Source of the DNA: Desulfatiglandales bacterium
GTDB taxonomy: Bacteria > Desulfobacterota > DSM-4660 > Desulfatiglandales > Desulfatiglandaceae
Direction of reading: 5' to 3'
Assembly (NCBI GenBank): GCA_963666345.1
Contig: OY762721.1
Span: forward strand, 544,001 to 608,000
Length of the DNA stretch: 64,000 nt
Positions 1 through 9,900 of the stretch are shown here, piece after piece. A program made the translations under genes and the position numbers. The notes below the pieces were generated by a model. It saw only the letters and a program-made list of their open reading frames with translations, had not been told where the DNA came from and ran no database searches. Numbering within the stretch: the first letter of the stretch is position 1; every line of letters begins with the position of its first letter.

Positions 1-86
1 CGGTTCTTTTTTATAATTCTCGTGTAACCATATTTATTAAAATAATTGGCTAACTGATAGACAACAAGAAAAGGGAGGCTGGAGAG

Positions 87-1478
87 ATGAAAAATTTGCC
101 CAAGTATCTGTGTATTGCCATGGTGGCGTTTTTTGTATTCGGCAGTAATCCGGTTCAGGCGCAAAGCCTTCAGGATGCTATAAGCCACGTCTTGCAGACA
201 AATCCTGAAATCAGGGCGAATGCCTACAATCGCCTGGCAAGAGACCAGGAGGTAAAAAAGGCTGAATCCGGGTACTATCCAACCCTGGATGTCTCAGCCG
301 GACTTGGGGTCAACGAACTGGAACATCCCTTGAGCGATACACTCTATCCAAGATCGACCATCCTGAGCCTCAGGCAGAACATATTCAGTTTCGGCGTCAC
401 CACCAATGAGGTGCGCAGGCAGAAGTCCAGGGTAAAGTCCCAGGCCTACCTGCTTCAGGCAAATTCGGAATATCTGTCCCTGCAGACGGCCCGAGTCTAC
501 CTGAACCTCCTTCGCGCCATGGAGCTCCATGAACTTGCCAAGGAAAACCTGGTTAATCACGAAAGAATTTACGACCAGATGAAGTTGCGAAGCAAATCCG
601 GGGTAGAGCGCAAAGCCGATCTTGACCAGGTCATGGGAAGACTTGCACTGGCCCGGTCCAACATAGTGGTCACTGAGGCCAATATCGAGGACGCAAAAAC
701 GGATTATCTTGCCGTAGTCGGCATTTACCCTGAGGACCTGGCCAAACCGGACCCGGTTGACCTGGAGTTTCCCAAGACGATGGATGACGCGGTCATGTTC
801 GCCGTGGAAAACTACCCCCTCATAAAATCGGCCAAAGCCGACCTGGAGGCGAGGGAATTCCAGTTCAAGACCGCGAAGAGCGACGTCTATCCCACCCTCG
901 ATTTGACTGCCGATTACAAGTGGGAAAACGATGTGGACAACGATGGTTACAGCGAAGAGTTCTCAGCCGCCGCCATAGTAAGATTCAACATATTTAACGG
1001 AGGCTACGACAAGGCACGCATCGCGGAGACGGCTCACCTTATCAAAGAGGCGGAAGAGATATTCAAGAATACGGAGCGGCAGACGGTCCAATCGATTCGA
1101 CTTTCATGGGAAGCATATAACGCGGCTAAAGACAAACTCACCCATCTTGACGACTACGTGGAAGCCACGGGCCTGACAGTAGACGCCTTCTCAAAACAGT
1201 GGATGGTCGGAAGACGCACCATGTTCGACGTCCTCGATACACAGGCCGAATATATCAACGCCAAGTCGGATCTCGTTACCGCCGACTATGACAAGATATA
1301 CTCCGAATACAGGGTTCTGAGCGGCATGGGCCATCTGGTTCACACCCTCGGTCTGGAGTGGCCTGAAGAAAGCACGATAGAAGAAAAGCCGGAATGGAAG
1401 GGGACTGAAATAATGGTTCCCCGCGAGGTGATCGAGAGTCAGAAATTTGTCAAAGGCTGGGCTCTATACGATGAATAG
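87..1478 (+). CDS. lapE: Type I secretion outer-membrane channel, TolC family (LapE/AggA-like)
   Basis: N-terminal signal peptide (..VQAQSLQDAI..TNPEI), TolC-type motifs YYPTLD, LRQNIF and GRRTMFDVLD; RBS GGGAGG/GGAG; lies directly upstream of lapG/lapD and the T1SS genes. Confidence 0.9.
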   Translation: MKNLPKYLCIAMVAFFVFGSNPVQAQSLQDAISHVLQTNPEIRANAYNRLARDQEVKKAESGYYPTLDVSAGLGVNELEHPLSDTLYPRSTILSLRQNIFSFGVTTNEVRRQKSRVKSQAYLLQANSEYLSLQTARVYLNLLRAMELHELAKENLVNHERIYDQMKLRSKSGVERKADLDQVMGRLALARSNIVVTEANIEDAKTDYLAVVGIYPEDLAKPDPVDLEFPKTMDDAVMFAVENYPLIKSAKADLEAREFQFKTAKSDVYPTLDLTADYKWENDVDNDGYSEEFSAAAIVRFNIFNGGYDKARIAETAHLIKEAEEIFKNTERQTVQSIRLSWEAYNAAKDKLTHLDDYVEATGLTVDAFSKQWMVGRRTMFDVLDTQAEYINAKSDLVTADYDKIYSEYRVLSGMGHLVHTLGLEWPEESTIEEKPEWKGTEIMVPREVIESQKFVKGWALYDE

Positions 1479-1507
1479 GCCTGTTTGAGCTTCCGGCAGT
1501 GCCCTGA

Positions 1508-1556
1508 GCGCATCCTGTTTGATGCGCGGAAGGAAGTCTTTAGGCTTCCTTCCGCG
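1508..1556. other. Two overlapping intergenic hairpins (GCGCATC/GATGCGC and CGCGGAAGGAAG/CTTCCTTCCGCG); possible mRNA-stabilising element or weak terminator
   Basis: Inverted repeats read directly between lapE and lapG; no U-tract follows. Confidence 0.4.
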
Positions 1557-1647
1557 ATGGGGGATCTTTAAGGTTAACATCCCATTTTACTGAGAATATG
1601 ATATCAGCCGGATTATTCCAATGGCACTCAAATGAGGTGCCTTACAG

Positions 1648-2328
1648 ATGATATTAGGCCGTAAAAAAAAAATAGGGCCGATCCCCCTTATTCTTGCATT
1701 ATTGACATGCCTGCTTATTGCCGGGCCCGTCAGTACAAAGGAAACCTTCCATATCAGCCCGGAGCTCCTCAAAAAGGCTGAAGCCAAGTATGGAAAAGAC
1801 GCGGCGGAGCGGTTGGTCAGCTGGGAGAATCTGATCCGAAACGACACCGGCACCACCGATCAGGAAAAACTGAGCAAGGCCAATAAATTTTTCAACGAAA
1901 CCGTTCAGTTCGTAAACGACATAGACCTTTATGGAGTAAAGGATTACTGGGCAACACCGTTTGAGTTTCTTGCCAGGTGCGCGGGTGATTGCGAAGACTT
2001 TGCCATTGCGAAGTTCTTTACCCTTAAGGCGATGGGCATAAAGGAAGAAAAGCTGAACATATCTTATGTCAAGGCACTGCAATACAATATTCACCATATG
2101 GTGCTGACCTATTACAGCAGACCGGGGGCCGAACCCCTGGTTCTCGACAATCTGGTCGACAGTATAAACCGGGCCTCCCAACGCCCGGATCTGATGCCTA
2201 TATTCAGTTTCAACGGTACCGGACTCTGGCTGGCCAAACAGAGGGGGCGCGGGAAACTGACCGGCAGCAGCAGCAGGCTCAAGGCCTGGGGTGCCCTCCT
2301 TCAGAGGATGGCAGGTAACGAACTGTAA
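1648..2328 (+). CDS. lapG: Periplasmic transglutaminase-like cysteine protease (BTLCP), LapG
   Basis: DYWATPFEFL..GDCEDFAIAK (Cys), HMVL (His) and VLDN (Asp) catalytic triad; N-terminal hydrophobic signal; adjacent to lapD. Confidence 0.93.
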   Translation: MILGRKKKIGPIPLILALLTCLLIAGPVSTKETFHISPELLKKAEAKYGKDAAERLVSWENLIRNDTGTTDQEKLSKANKFFNETVQFVNDIDLYGVKDYWATPFEFLARCAGDCEDFAIAKFFTLKAMGIKEEKLNISYVKALQYNIHHMVLTYYSRPGAEPLVLDNLVDSINRASQRPDLMPIFSFNGTGLWLAKQRGRGKLTGSSSRLKAWGALLQRMAGNEL

Positions 2329-2342
2329 AAAAAGGCAAAAAT

Positions 2343-4325
2343 ATGACCCTTTACCGCCAGCTCATAATTTTCACCCTTATTCTTTTTCTGGTTCTTTTTT
2401 CAGGCACATGGTTTGCCAAGCTGAATTCTACCCGTTCATTCTTGACGGATCAGCTCGAAAGCCATGCCCAGGATACCGCGACTTCCCTCGGTCTGTCCAT
2501 TTCTCAATACATCCAGGACATTGAGCAGGACATGCCGATTGCGGAAAGCATGATAAACGCGGTCTTTGACCGTGGATACTACAGGTTCGTCAGGTTCATA
2601 GATACAAAGCAGAAGGTTCTGGTGGAACGCACTCTGGATATCAAAATCGAAAATGTGCCGGAGTGGTTTATCCGGATGTTTCCGCTTAAGACCCCCGAAG
2701 CAAGTTCAAATGTCATGTCAGGGTGGATACAGGCCGGGACTATTTACGTGAAAAGTCACCCCGGTTACGCCTATAAGACCCTGTGGGAAGATACCGTCAG
2801 CATGACCAAATGGTTTATTGCCTGTGGTCTTTTTGTTCTTATAGCGGGGGCGGTCGGGCTTCGTTTTCTGCTCAAGCCTCTCGTGCTGGTTGAACGCCAG
2901 GCGGACGCCCTGTGCAGGAAGGAATACCAGCTGCAGGAACGGATACCATGGACAAAAGAGTTGAGGCGCGTGGTCGAGGCCATGAACCGAATGACCAACA
3001 AAGTAAAAGAGATGTTCGAGGAACAGGTTGTTCACGCGGAAGGACTCAGGGAGCACGCGTACCACGATGATTTGACCGGTTTGGGAAACCGCCGTTACTT
3101 TGCCGGTCAGATAACCGCGCGGCTTGACCGCAGGGACAGCGCCGCAAAAGGAGTCGTACTTCTCATTCAGATACGGGAACTGGAGAAGCTTAACAAGGAA
3201 CGGGGCCTCCAGGCCGGTGACGAACTTCTCAAAAGGGTGGCCTCTTTGATACAGGAATACACCGCCGGATATGCCAATGCAGTGCTCGCCCGTCTTACCG
3301 GGGGGGACTTCGGCATCTATCTCCCCGACACCCCGCCTTTTGAGGCGGAAGACATTGCCGCGGGTCTTGCAGACAGACTCAGCCAGCTTGTGGCGGAAGG
3401 CATAACCATAACGGATAATGTCGGGCATATCGGCGCGTCCACCTATGATGTCTCCACCACACTCGGCAGGCTCCTGTCCGAGGCCGACCTCGCGCTCAGG
3501 ACAGCCATTCAGACCGGGCCCAACGCCTGGAATGTCCACGCAATCACGGGGGAGGCGGCCAAGATGCCGCTCGGGCAGCAGCAGTGGAAGATTTCCCTTG
3601 AAAAGGCGCTTCAAAAACGCAGTATCAGTCTTGATGCCCAACCGGTTGTAGACACCGGGGACAGGGATAAGATCCGTCATCTCGAGATATTTTCCAGGAT
3701 AATCCAGGAAGACGGCAAACCGTTGAGTGCCGGAGTGTTTCTGCCCTTTGCCGAACAGCTGAAGCTGGTTTCCACACTGGATCGCCTGGTGCTTGAACAG
3801 ACGAGGGATCTTGATCCGAAACGGCTGGGCGTGGACAGGGTCGCGGTTAACGTCTCTCCCGCTTCCCTGAGGGAAGACGACTTCAGGCAATGGGTAAAAT
3901 CATTTCTAAAGGATCTTCCGGCGGATGCCCCTCGAATCATATTCGAGTTTACCGAATTCGGGGCGGTGCATAATCTTGACCTGGTAAAGGAATTCAGGGC
4001 CTATGTGCACGACCGGGGGCATTTCATGGGGCTTGATCATTATGGGCAGAGCTTCTCTCATCTGGGTTATCTGCAGTCCCTGCGTCCCGACTATGTAAAG
4101 ATAGACAGGGCCTACACGGGAGAACTCAAGGACAAGGAAAACGACAGCAGATTCTATATAGGCTCACTTTGCAGCGTGGCCCACAGTATAGATATATCGG
4201 TGATTGCCGAAGGCGTGGAAACGGAAACTCAATGGCAGGCACTCAAGGAACTGAATATTGACGCGATTCAGGGTTATCTCATCGACAAACCCAAACCGAT
4301 CTTGGAGATGGGAGAAGACGCCTGA
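2343..4325 (+). CDS. lapD: LapD c-di-GMP receptor (TM-periplasmic-HAMP-degenerate GGDEF-degenerate EAL)
   Basis: MTLYRQL start, SHAQDTATSLGLS, FDRGYY, GWIQ loop typical of the LapG-binding site; GGDEF degenerate (GGDFG) and EAL degenerate (EIF, DHYGQS). Confidence 0.93.
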   Translation: MTLYRQLIIFTLILFLVLFSGTWFAKLNSTRSFLTDQLESHAQDTATSLGLSISQYIQDIEQDMPIAESMINAVFDRGYYRFVRFIDTKQKVLVERTLDIKIENVPEWFIRMFPLKTPEASSNVMSGWIQAGTIYVKSHPGYAYKTLWEDTVSMTKWFIACGLFVLIAGAVGLRFLLKPLVLVERQADALCRKEYQLQERIPWTKELRRVVEAMNRMTNKVKEMFEEQVVHAEGLREHAYHDDLTGLGNRRYFAGQITARLDRRDSAAKGVVLLIQIRELEKLNKERGLQAGDELLKRVASLIQEYTAGYANAVLARLTGGDFGIYLPDTPPFEAEDIAAGLADRLSQLVAEGITITDNVGHIGASTYDVSTTLGRLLSEADLALRTAIQTGPNAWNVHAITGEAAKMPLGQQQWKISLEKALQKRSISLDAQPVVDTGDRDKIRHLEIFSRIIQEDGKPLSAGVFLPFAEQLKLVSTLDRLVLEQTRDLDPKRLGVDRVAVNVSPASLREDDFRQWVKSFLKDLPADAPRIIFEFTEFGAVHNLDLVKEFRAYVHDRGHFMGLDHYGQSFSHLGYLQSLRPDYVKIDRAYTGELKDKENDSRFYIGSLCSVAHSIDISVIAEGVETETQWQALKELNIDAIQGYLIDKPKPILEMGEDA

Positions 4326-4437
4326 GGGTAATAAGGCCCTGTCCGTCAGGGAATGATGCCGGGGGGTTATTTGAAAGGCCACTGTACCTTCATGTCCGGA
4401 ATCAGCGGGACTGAAGGTACGCTTTTTTCAGATGTGT

Positions 4438-4767
4438 CTACAGGATATCATCGACCATCAGATCATTGGAAAACAATTTTTGCCGGAGCTTCTGGCGCTC
4501 CCTTATTCTTTTCTGGGCCTCTTCCGGAAGTTCGGTGAATTGAATGACTTTTTTATCTATCAACAGGTTGATGAGATCCTCAAGTGTGCGTATTACACCG
4601 CTGTCGGAAAGGTTCAGCAATAATCGAAGGTAGGACGCGTCATCGTTTTTATTCAGGAATTCTATTACTTCGTCGTCCACAGCGGACTTGACATCGGCGG
4701 CTTTAGAGCCTTTTATACTGGTCAGAGAAATTATGTTACCATCATTGTCACGTTCTGCGTAAAGCAT
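4438..4767 (-). CDS. Small conserved hypothetical protein of lap/T1SS clusters (109 aa)
   Basis: ATG at 4767 preceded by AAGGAG (the ORF track starts at 4821); MLYAERD..G.I and SD..IRTLEDLINLLIDK.VIQFTELPEEAQ resemble a small family I recall from lap loci. Confidence 0.7.
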   Translation of the reverse strand: MLYAERDNDGNIISLTSIKGSKAADVKSAVDDEVIEFLNKNDDASYLRLLLNLSDSGVIRTLEDLINLLIDKKVIQFTELPEEAQKRIRERQKLRQKLFSNDLMVDDIL

Positions 4768-4880
4768 GGTTTTTCTCCTTTTTTGACAATCGTTTTCTAA
4801 TGCTTTTAACATCATTTTCACGTTATTTTCAATTAAAAAATTTCAAACTTAAAAACTTAGGGAAAGTTTAACTGAATAAA

Positions 4881-7055
4881 ATGCCTGATACAAAAAGCGA
4901 CCTCAATGAACCGGTTGAGACCTGGACCCACGGTGAGGAGACGGAAACGCATGATGACCCTCTTCTTGACTGCCTTATACGATTTACGAGGCTGCACGAC
5001 CGGCCCGCCTCGAAAACGGCCCTGACTACAGGCCTGCCCCTTGTCAAAAACCGCCTCACGGTGGAATTGTTCGCAAGGGCCGCCGAACGGGCTGATCTGA
5101 CCTCTCGCGTCATAAAAAAGCCTCTCAAAAAGATCTCCAACCTGCAGCTTCCGGCCGTCCTGCTTCTGCATGATAAACAGGCATGCATACTTGCGGAAAG
5201 AAATGCCGATACGTTCAAACTGCTTTTGCCTGAAACCGGTATGGGAGAAAAAGACATACCCAGGAAAGAGCTTGAAAAACTTTACTCGGGTTATACCATA
5301 TTTATCCGCCCGAAATTCAGGCTCGACAGAAAATCTCTTGAGGACCTGGGCTATCTTTCCACAAAAAGCTGGTTCTGGGGGACCATTTTCAAGTCATGGC
5401 GGATCTACCGGGATGTCTTTGTCGCCTCTTTTCTCATAAACCTGTTCGGCCTTGCCAGCCCCTTTTTCGTTCTCAACGTATACGACAGGGTCATTCCGAA
5501 CAATGCCTTTGAAACCCTCTGGGTGCTCGCGATAGGTATCGCGGTCATATATCTGTTCGCCCTGATCATGCGAGCCCTGCGCGGGTACTTTGTTGATGAG
5601 GCGGGTAAAAAGGCCAACCTCAGGATATCATCCCTGCTTCTTCACAAGGTCCTTGGCCTGCGCATGGAGGTGCGGCCCAAGTCGATCGGCTCCTTTTCCA
5701 AAAACATGCAGGAATTCGAGAGCATCAGGGATTTCATAACATCCTTTTCCATCACCGCCTTGATAGACCTCCCCTTTGTGGGACTGGGTCTTCTGGTTAT
5801 CTGGTATATCGGAAAGGACATAGTCTTCGTTCACATCGCCGCCATACTGCTTCTGCTTCTCTACGCGGTCATAATCCAGGGGCCGCTCCAGAAGGCGGTA
5901 AGAAACACCTTCCAGGCATCGGCGCAGAAAAACGCCCTCCTGGTTGAAGGGCTGACCGGGCTTGAAACGATCAAGATGCTGGGGGCGGAAAGTCAGGTCC
6001 AGAGGGCCTGGGAGGAGGCGGTCGCCTATATCGCGAAATGGAGCGCAAAATCGAGGCTTCTCTCCTCGTCCGTGAACCATTTTTCCTTTTTCGTTCAGAG
6101 CATAGTGGTGGTGTTTGTGGTCATCGGGGGCGTGTACATGATCTCGGAAGGCCTTCTCACCCAGGGGGGCCTGATCGCGCTTGTGATCCTTTCCAGGCAG
6201 GCGGTGGCGCCCATGGCGCAGGTGGTCAATCTTGCCACCCGCTTTCATCGTGCCAAGGCGGCTCTTAAATCGCTCAACAGCATTATGGATCTTCCCGTGG
6301 AAAGGCCTGCGGGAAAGACTTTTCTTCACAGGGCCAGGTTCGAGGGGGCGATAGGGGTAAAGAACCTCATATTTGCCTACCCGGGCCAGACCATGAACGT
6401 CATAAACGATGTCACCCTCAATATCGGAGCAGGCGAGAAGGTGGGCATAATAGGGCCTGTGGGCTCCGGAAAAACCACATTCGGAAAGCTGGTCCTGGGT
6501 CTTTTTGAGGCCAACAGCGGCATGGTCAGCATGGACGGCACCGATATCAGGCAGATCGATCCGGCGGAACTCCGTCGTTTCATAGGGTATGTGCCGCAGG
6601 ATATAACCCTTTTCAGAGGCACGGTAAGGGACAACATCACCATCGGCACCCACGACGTGGATGACAGGCTCATCATGAACGCGGCAAAAAACGCGGGCGT
6701 GGACATATTTGTCAAGAAACACCCGATGGGTTTCGACATGGAGGTGGAGGAATCGGGCAGGGGGCTCTCAGGGGGCCAGAGGCAATGCATAGTGCTTGCC
6801 AGATCCCTCATTCTCGACCCGCCCGTGCTGGTACTTGACGAACCCACCAGCAACATGGATAACAGGACTGAAGCATTGTTGAAACACAACCTTTCAAAGA
6901 TCATACAAGACAAGACACTGCTTTTGATCACCCACAGGGCCTCGCTCCTTGAGATGGTGGATCGCCTCATCGTCATCGACAGCGGCTCTGTCGTGGCCGA
7001 CGGGCCAAAGGGCGCTGTCCTAGAGGCACTCAAAAGCGGTCAGCTCAATCTATAA
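4881..7055 (+). CDS. lapB: Type I secretion ABC permease/ATPase with C39-like N-terminal domain (LapB/LssB type)
   Basis: DDPLLDCL, NVYDRVIPN, Walker A GPVGSGKT, LSGGQRQ signature, LDEPT. Confidence 0.93.
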   Translation: MPDTKSDLNEPVETWTHGEETETHDDPLLDCLIRFTRLHDRPASKTALTTGLPLVKNRLTVELFARAAERADLTSRVIKKPLKKISNLQLPAVLLLHDKQACILAERNADTFKLLLPETGMGEKDIPRKELEKLYSGYTIFIRPKFRLDRKSLEDLGYLSTKSWFWGTIFKSWRIYRDVFVASFLINLFGLASPFFVLNVYDRVIPNNAFETLWVLAIGIAVIYLFALIMRALRGYFVDEAGKKANLRISSLLLHKVLGLRMEVRPKSIGSFSKNMQEFESIRDFITSFSITALIDLPFVGLGLLVIWYIGKDIVFVHIAAILLLLLYAVIIQGPLQKAVRNTFQASAQKNALLVEGLTGLETIKMLGAESQVQRAWEEAVAYIAKWSAKSRLLSSSVNHFSFFVQSIVVVFVVIGGVYMISEGLLTQGGLIALVILSRQAVAPMAQVVNLATRFHRAKAALKSLNSIMDLPVERPAGKTFLHRARFEGAIGVKNLIFAYPGQTMNVINDVTLNIGAGEKVGIIGPVGSGKTTFGKLVLGLFEANSGMVSMDGTDIRQIDPAELRRFIGYVPQDITLFRGTVRDNITIGTHDVDDRLIMNAAKNAGVDIFVKKHPMGFDMEVEESGRGLSGGQRQCIVLARSLILDPPVLVLDEPTSNMDNRTEALLKHNLSKIIQDKTLLLITHRASLLEMVDRLIVIDSGSVVADGPKGAVLEALKSGQLNL

Positions 7056-7075
7056 ACAGACAGGAGAACAGTAAA

Positions 7076-8437
7076 TTGCCCAAAGGCGGTGAAAAACCTC
7101 AGAATCACGATCTCTTCTACCGTATGCCCGCAGGGGATGTAGATCTTGCAAAAGATATAAAGACTTCCATCCTGGCCCAGACCCCCAGGGGCGGAAGATC
7201 CATACTTTACGTCGTTATCATCCTCTTTGCCCTGTTTTTCTACTGGGCATCGGTGTCCGAGGTCGAAGAGGTCACAAGGGGGGACGGCAAGGTCATCCCT
7301 TCAGGCCAGATACAGATGGTCCAGAACCTGGAGGGAGGAATCATTTCAAAGATACTCGTTCAGGTGGGCGACCAGATAAAAAAGGGACAGCTGCTCCTGA
7401 GTATCGATGAGACTCGATTTTCATCCTCGTTTCAGCAGAACCGCGTCAAGTACCTTTCATTCAAGGCCAAGGCGGCACGGCTCAAGGCCGAGGCGAGCGG
7501 CAGGACCTTTAAGGTGCCGGAAGACGTGGTCAAGGAAAAGCCCCAGATCGCCAGGCGGGAAGAGGAACTCTACCAGTCAAGGAAAAAGGAGTTCAAATCG
7601 AGCCTGGACATACGAAGGGAACAGATAATACAGCGTAAACAGGAATTGAGGGAACTCAATACCAAGCTCACTGAGCTTACCAGGACGAACAGGCTCATAC
7701 AAAAAGAGCTGGAGCTGACCAAACCGCTTGTGGCCGAAGGCGCGGTCTCCGAGGTGGAGGTGCTCCGGCTTGAGCGCCAGGCAAGCGAAATGGCCGGACA
7801 GATTGCCACGACCAGAGATGCGATTCCGTCGGCCGAGTCAAAATACCAGGAGGCGCAGCTCGCGCTTAACGAGATAAGGCTCGGCTTTTACAACAAGGCC
7901 AAAGCGGAGCTGAACGACGTGCTGGCCCAGCTTGAGGAATTCTCCGCCACCGAAATAGCGCTCAAGGACAGGCTCAGGCGCACATCCGTGCGCTCGCCCG
8001 TAAACGGCACCATCAACCGTATCCTCGTAAACACGGTAGGGGGCGTGATCCAGCCAGGCATGGACCTGATAGAGATCGTTCCGATGGATGAAACCCTGCT
8101 TGTGGAGGCCAAGATCAAGCCCTCGGATATCGCCTTTCTGAGGCCCAAACAGAAGGCCAAGGTCAAATTCACCGCCTATGATTTCACTATCTACGGCGGC
8201 CTTGACGCGGAGCTGGAACACATAAGCGCCGACAGCATCACCGATGAACAGGGAAACAGCTATTACCTGGTAAATCTAAGGACCAAAAAAAACTACCTGG
8301 GAAAGGAAAAAGACCCTTTGCCCATCATCGCGGGTATGATAACATCCGTGGACATACTGACAGGTAAAAAGACGATCCTGTCATACCTTTTAAAACCTGT
8401 CCTGAGAGCCAAATACATGGCATTAAGGGAGCGGTAA
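7076..8437 (+). CDS. lapC: HlyD-family T1SS membrane fusion protein (LapC)
   Basis: Single TM helix, GKVIPS..Q.VQNLEGG, long coiled coil, RSPVNG, KFTAYDFTIYGGL, YLLKP..ALRER; TTG start after AGGAG. Confidence 0.92.
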   Translation: MPKGGEKPQNHDLFYRMPAGDVDLAKDIKTSILAQTPRGGRSILYVVIILFALFFYWASVSEVEEVTRGDGKVIPSGQIQMVQNLEGGIISKILVQVGDQIKKGQLLLSIDETRFSSSFQQNRVKYLSFKAKAARLKAEASGRTFKVPEDVVKEKPQIARREEELYQSRKKEFKSSLDIRREQIIQRKQELRELNTKLTELTRTNRLIQKELELTKPLVAEGAVSEVEVLRLERQASEMAGQIATTRDAIPSAESKYQEAQLALNEIRLGFYNKAKAELNDVLAQLEEFSATEIALKDRLRRTSVRSPVNGTINRILVNTVGGVIQPGMDLIEIVPMDETLLVEAKIKPSDIAFLRPKQKAKVKFTAYDFTIYGGLDAELEHISADSITDEQGNSYYLVNLRTKKNYLGKEKDPLPIIAGMITSVDILTGKKTILSYLLKPVLRAKYMALRER

Positions 8438-8441
8438 TCAT

Positions 8442-9065
8442 ATGAATATCCTTTTAAGCAGTGCGAACAGATCCGTATTGAAAAGATGGAACAACCTCCT
8501 TGCCGAGGTGCACAGCCTGGAGCAGACCACATCGGTTGATGAACTCAAGGCCCGGTCAGGGGAAAACATCTACGACCTGATCCTGGTGCACCGATCAATG
8601 ATCGACAGGGAGCTTTTCTCCGGGCTTCTGGAATCATCCCCTGAAAACAGGTTTTTCCTTCTATCCGATCAGCCGGATGAGGAAGAAGGCCTGGTTTTCC
8701 TTAAGCGCGGGATCGTGGGATACGGGAACACCTATATCTCGCAGCCACGCCTCCTTGAGGCCGTAAGGACCATATCAAACGGCTCCGTGTGGGTGGGCCA
8801 GAAGGTAATCCAGGCTCTGATAGCGGAGGCCCATGCCAGGGTAAAGGATAAAGACGTGTCAGCCGTTGATAAGGAAAGGCTTGAGACCCTTACCCCCAGG
8901 GAAAATGAGATCGCCCAACTAGTCTCAAAAGGCAGGTCCAATCTCGAGATCGCGGCCGAGCTTGATATCACCGAGCGCACGGTAAAGGCGCATCTGACAT
9001 CCATCTACGAAAAGACCGGCACAGGCAGCAGGCTCAGCCTGGCACTCCTTATAAACAACGGTTAA
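8442..9065 (+). CDS. LuxR/NarL-family transcriptional regulator with atypical (pseudo-)receiver domain
   Basis: C-terminal HTH LTPRENEIA..G.SNLEIA..L.ITERTVKAHL; receiver lacks the acidic pocket and has His at the phospho-Asp position (DLILVH). Confidence 0.85.
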   Translation: MNILLSSANRSVLKRWNNLLAEVHSLEQTTSVDELKARSGENIYDLILVHRSMIDRELFSGLLESSPENRFFLLSDQPDEEEGLVFLKRGIVGYGNTYISQPRLLEAVRTISNGSVWVGQKVIQALIAEAHARVKDKDVSAVDKERLETLTPRENEIAQLVSKGRSNLEIAAELDITERTVKAHLTSIYEKTGTGSRLSLALLINNG

Positions 9066-9106
9066 GCCCGCGCCTTCTCACAGCCAAGCATCTTGTGTGA
9101 CAAATA

Positions 9107-9147
9107 AAAAACTGCCGTGAACATTAAAATCTTTCACGGCAGTTTTT
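9107..9147. terminator. Bidirectional intrinsic terminator (AAAAACTGCCGTGAA-11nt-TTCACGGCAGTTTTT)
   Basis: Perfect 15-bp inverted repeat including A/T tails, between the convergent luxR gene and the AbiEii remnant. Confidence 0.8.
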
Positions 9148-9481
9148 CTTTCAGGTAAGCAAATTTTCGAGCAGCATAATATTCACGAACATCTTTTTCG
9201 ATAATTGAACCGAGTTTGACCTTAAAGTCTATATCTTTCAAACGATCAATCTTTTCTCTGAATTTTCCTGCCTGAGCTGAATTTAGCACTGGAAGCACAA
9301 TTCCCTTTCGAAGCAGAAACTCGATGTCAAATCCGTCCCTGACTTCCCCTTGATCCATAAAAGCGGCGACTTTATTTTTCATAGCCTGCTCCAGGGTAAG
9401 CGCCTTTAAGATGACCTGTTTGTTGGAAAATCTGGAAAACGCAATTTTTTCCTGAAAATCGATATTTGGTATTTCCCTTTT
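9134..9481 (-). pseudogene. 5'-truncated AbiEii-like nucleotidyltransferase (C-terminal part only)
   Basis: The frame extends upstream of the 82-aa ORF as KREIPNIDFQEKIAFSRFSNKQVILKALTLEQAMKNKVAAF..EVRDGFDIEFLL (K..A...R..RD.FD motif of AbiEii, with R changed to Q); the resemblance stops at the repeat junction at ~9481. Confidence 0.6.
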
Positions 9482-9499
9482 CGGCAGGGCAAAAATCTT

Positions 9500-9540
9500 T
9501 TCATCCGTTTTGATCCTGTTTTGTCAAGCGCAGCGGGCGG
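9500..9540 (+). repeat. 41-bp direct repeat, copy 1 (TTCATCCGTTTTGATCCTGTTTTGTCAAGCGCAGCGGGCGG)
   Basis: Identical to 10305-10345 and 10549-10589; similarity to copy 3 extends left to 9481. Confidence 0.95.
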
Positions 9541-9609
9541 TCAATAAGAAACGCATAAAATCATGGGCGTCCCCCTCTGTACCCTATGCTCGTATTTGCA
9601 GAATTTCTC

Positions 9610-9900
9610 CTAAAGCCTATGTCTCCAGTACCATGGCTCTCGGCTGCAATGCATAACGGCCAATATTAAAATATAATTATTTTCAATGGTATATAGGACA
9701 GCATATGGGAAACGTCTAGTCAGGCAACGGCGAATGTCCTCGTCAATTTCACGATATAATTCCGGGTTCTCAACTATTTTTTCGATCGCGTTTTCTATCT
9801 CAGTTAAAAACGCCGATGCCAATGATGGGCTTTTATCAGAATAATAAATCGCAGCTTCGTTGAATTCACCGCGTGCTTCCGGATGGAATGAAAATTTCAT
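9610..9900 (-). CDS. RelE/ParE-family toxin
   Basis: FHPEA..EF.EA..YY, RRCL..RFPY.VLY, ILAVMH.SREP.YW..R. Confidence 0.88.
   Translation of the reverse strand: MKFSFHPEARGEFNEAAIYYSDKSPSLASAFLTEIENAIEKIVENPELYREIDEDIRRCLTRRFPYAVLYTIENNYILILAVMHCSREPWYWRHRL

Noticed and set aside
2343..4325. Active diguanylate cyclase/phosphodiesterase
   Set aside because: GGDEF and EAL/DDFGTG motifs are degenerate, and the context indicates a LapD receptor
2718..6722. Long antisense ORFs (390 aa and 364 aa) opposite lapD and lapB
   Set aside because: Fully overlap well-supported genes; expected from GC-rich codon bias
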